Assembly (NCBI RefSeq): GCF_003334785.1
Contig: NZ_QOWV01000098.1
Origin: Escherichia coli
GTDB taxonomy: Bacteria > Pseudomonadota > Gammaproteobacteria > Enterobacterales > Enterobacteriaceae
DNA length: 201 nt
Direction: 5' to 3' (one strand)
How positions within the stretch are numbered: position 1 is the first letter of the stretch; every line of letters begins with the position of its first letter. Positions 1 through 201 of this stretch are shown piece after piece. Made by a program: the position numbers and the translations under genes. The notes under the pieces are model-generated. The model was given only the letters and a program-made list of their open reading frames with translations, searched no databases and was not told where the DNA came from.

Positions 1-45
1 CCTTTCACGGCGGTAACAGGGGTTCGAATCCCCTAGGGGACGCCA
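1..45 (+). tRNA. gltT/gltU/gltV/gltW family (spacer tRNA-Glu): tRNA-Glu (anticodon UUC), 3' partial: anticodon loop through 3' CCA, 5' portion truncated by the window edge
   Basis: Seen in sequence: anticodon loop CTTTCAC with TTC at 4-6; anticodon-stem 3' arm GGCGG at 9-13; T-arm GGGG-TTCGAAT-CCCC at 20-35 with the canonical TTCGAAT T-loop; acceptor 3' arm AGGGGAC at 35-41; discriminator G at 42; encoded CCA at 43-45. The segment matches the enterobacterial tRNA-Glu sequence as I recall it. Established knowledge: enterobacterial rrn operons carry tRNA-Glu (or tRNA-Ile plus tRNA-Ala) in the 16S-23S spacer. Confidence 0.93.
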
Positions 46-79
46 CTTGCTGGTTTGTGAGTGAAAGTCGCCGACCTCA

Positions 80-117
80 ATATCTCAAAACAGACTGTTA
101 AGTCTTGTTTGATATAT
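80..117 (+). promoter_or_regulatory. boxB-like imperfect hairpin immediately upstream of boxA (rrn antitermination module, spacer copy)
   Basis: Seen in sequence: 5' arm ATATCTCAAAACAGACT (80-96) pairs with 3' arm AGTCTTGTTTGATATAT (101-117) around a GTTA loop (97-100). Paired by eye: 96-101, 95-102, 94-103, 93-104, 92-105, then an AT-rich lower stem with one or two bulges or mismatches. Its position directly 5' of boxA matches the boxB-boxA arrangement known in rrn leader and spacer regions. Confidence 0.55.
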
Positions 118-118
118 T

Positions 119-131
119 TGCTCTTTAAAAA
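119..131 (+). promoter_or_regulatory. boxA transcription antitermination element (binding site for NusB/NusE in the rrn antitermination complex), spacer copy
   Basis: Seen in sequence: TGCTCTTTAAAAA at 119-131, matching the rrn boxA consensus TGCTCTTTAACAA at all but one position. Established knowledge: a second boxA lies in the 16S-23S spacer downstream of the spacer tRNA in enterobacterial rrn operons. Confidence 0.78.
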
Positions 132-159
132 TCTGGATCAAGCTGAAAATTGAAACACT

Positions 160-177
160 GAACAATGAAAGTTGTTC
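160..177 (+). other. Small spacer hairpin (6-bp stem, 6-nt loop) in the pre-23S leader region
   Basis: Seen in sequence: GAACAA (160-165) pairs perfectly with TTGTTC (172-177) around the loop TGAAAG (166-171). Function not determinable from sequence; it lies in the region that contributes to precursor rRNA processing structures. Confidence 0.4.
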
Positions 178-201
178 GTGAGTCTCTCAAATTTTCGCAA
201 C

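Larger units (their letters stand above)
46..201 (+). other. 16S-23S rRNA internal transcribed spacer (ITS), segment between the spacer tRNA-Glu and the 23S rRNA 5' end; part of the rRNA precursor, non-coding
   Basis: Directly follows the tRNA-Glu CCA end. Contains a boxA element and the conserved enterobacterial spacer stretch CTGGATCAAGCTGAAAATTGAAACACTGAACAA...GTTGTTCGTGAGTCTCTCAAATTTTCGCAAC, which I recognise as lying just upstream of the 23S rRNA 5' end. No long ORF with a ribosome-binding site on either strand. Confidence 0.85.

Noticed and set aside
80-117. The inverted repeat could be read as terminal inverted repeats of a miniature mobile element or as a palindromic protein-binding operator.
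   Set aside because: It is a short, contiguous, imperfect hairpin with a 4-nt loop and no flanking target-site duplication, and it sits exactly where the spacer boxB-type hairpin is expected upstream of boxA.
150-178. TTGAAA at 150-155 resembles a sigma70 -35 hexamer (TTGACA).
   Set aside because: No acceptable -10 hexamer at the proper 16-18 bp spacing (the corresponding position reads TGTTCG). rrn promoters lie upstream of 16S, not in the spacer.
84-190. Short recurrences (CTCAAA at 84-89 and 185-190; several GAAA/TGAAA motifs) that could hint at a repeat array or CRISPR.
   Set aside because: The repeats are 6 nt or shorter, irregularly spaced and AT-rich, which is consistent with chance in a low-complexity spacer. 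There is no repeat-spacer periodicity.
181-198. T-run (AAATTTTCG) that could suggest an intrinsic terminator.
   Set aside because: It is not immediately preceded by a GC-rich hairpin: the nearest stem (160-177) is AT-rich and separated by about 15 nt. Termination here would be incompatible with read-through into 23S rRNA, and boxA-mediated antitermination operates in this region.
165-201. ATG at 165-167 opens a reading frame (ATG AAA GTT GTT CGT GAG TCT CTC AAA TTT TCG CAA...) running off the window.
   Set aside because: No Shine-Dalgarno-like purine-rich motif in the 5-12 nt upstream (CACTGAACA). The ATG lies in the loop and 5' arm of a hairpin within a conserved rRNA spacer, and the region is explained by rRNA precursor structure. 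A spurious ORF is the most parsimonious reading.

Overview
This window is best read as part of the 16S-23S internal transcribed spacer of an Enterobacteriaceae-type rRNA (rrn) operon, not a protein-coding or accessory region. Positions 1-45 are the 3' two-thirds of a spacer tRNA-Glu(UUC) gene on the + strand, running from the anticodon loop to an encoded CCA end, with the 5' part lying off the left edge. Positions 46-201 are non-coding spacer transcribed toward the 23S rRNA gene, which would start a few tens of nucleotides beyond the right edge. The spacer contains a boxB-like hairpin (about 80-117) immediately followed by a boxA antitermination element (119-131), plus a small hairpin (160-177). 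No credible ORF, mobile element, CRISPR array or novel system is supportable from the sequence; the window is ordinary, highly conserved rrn operon sequence. All identifications rest on recall of conserved motifs and by-eye pairing, with no database search or folding run.
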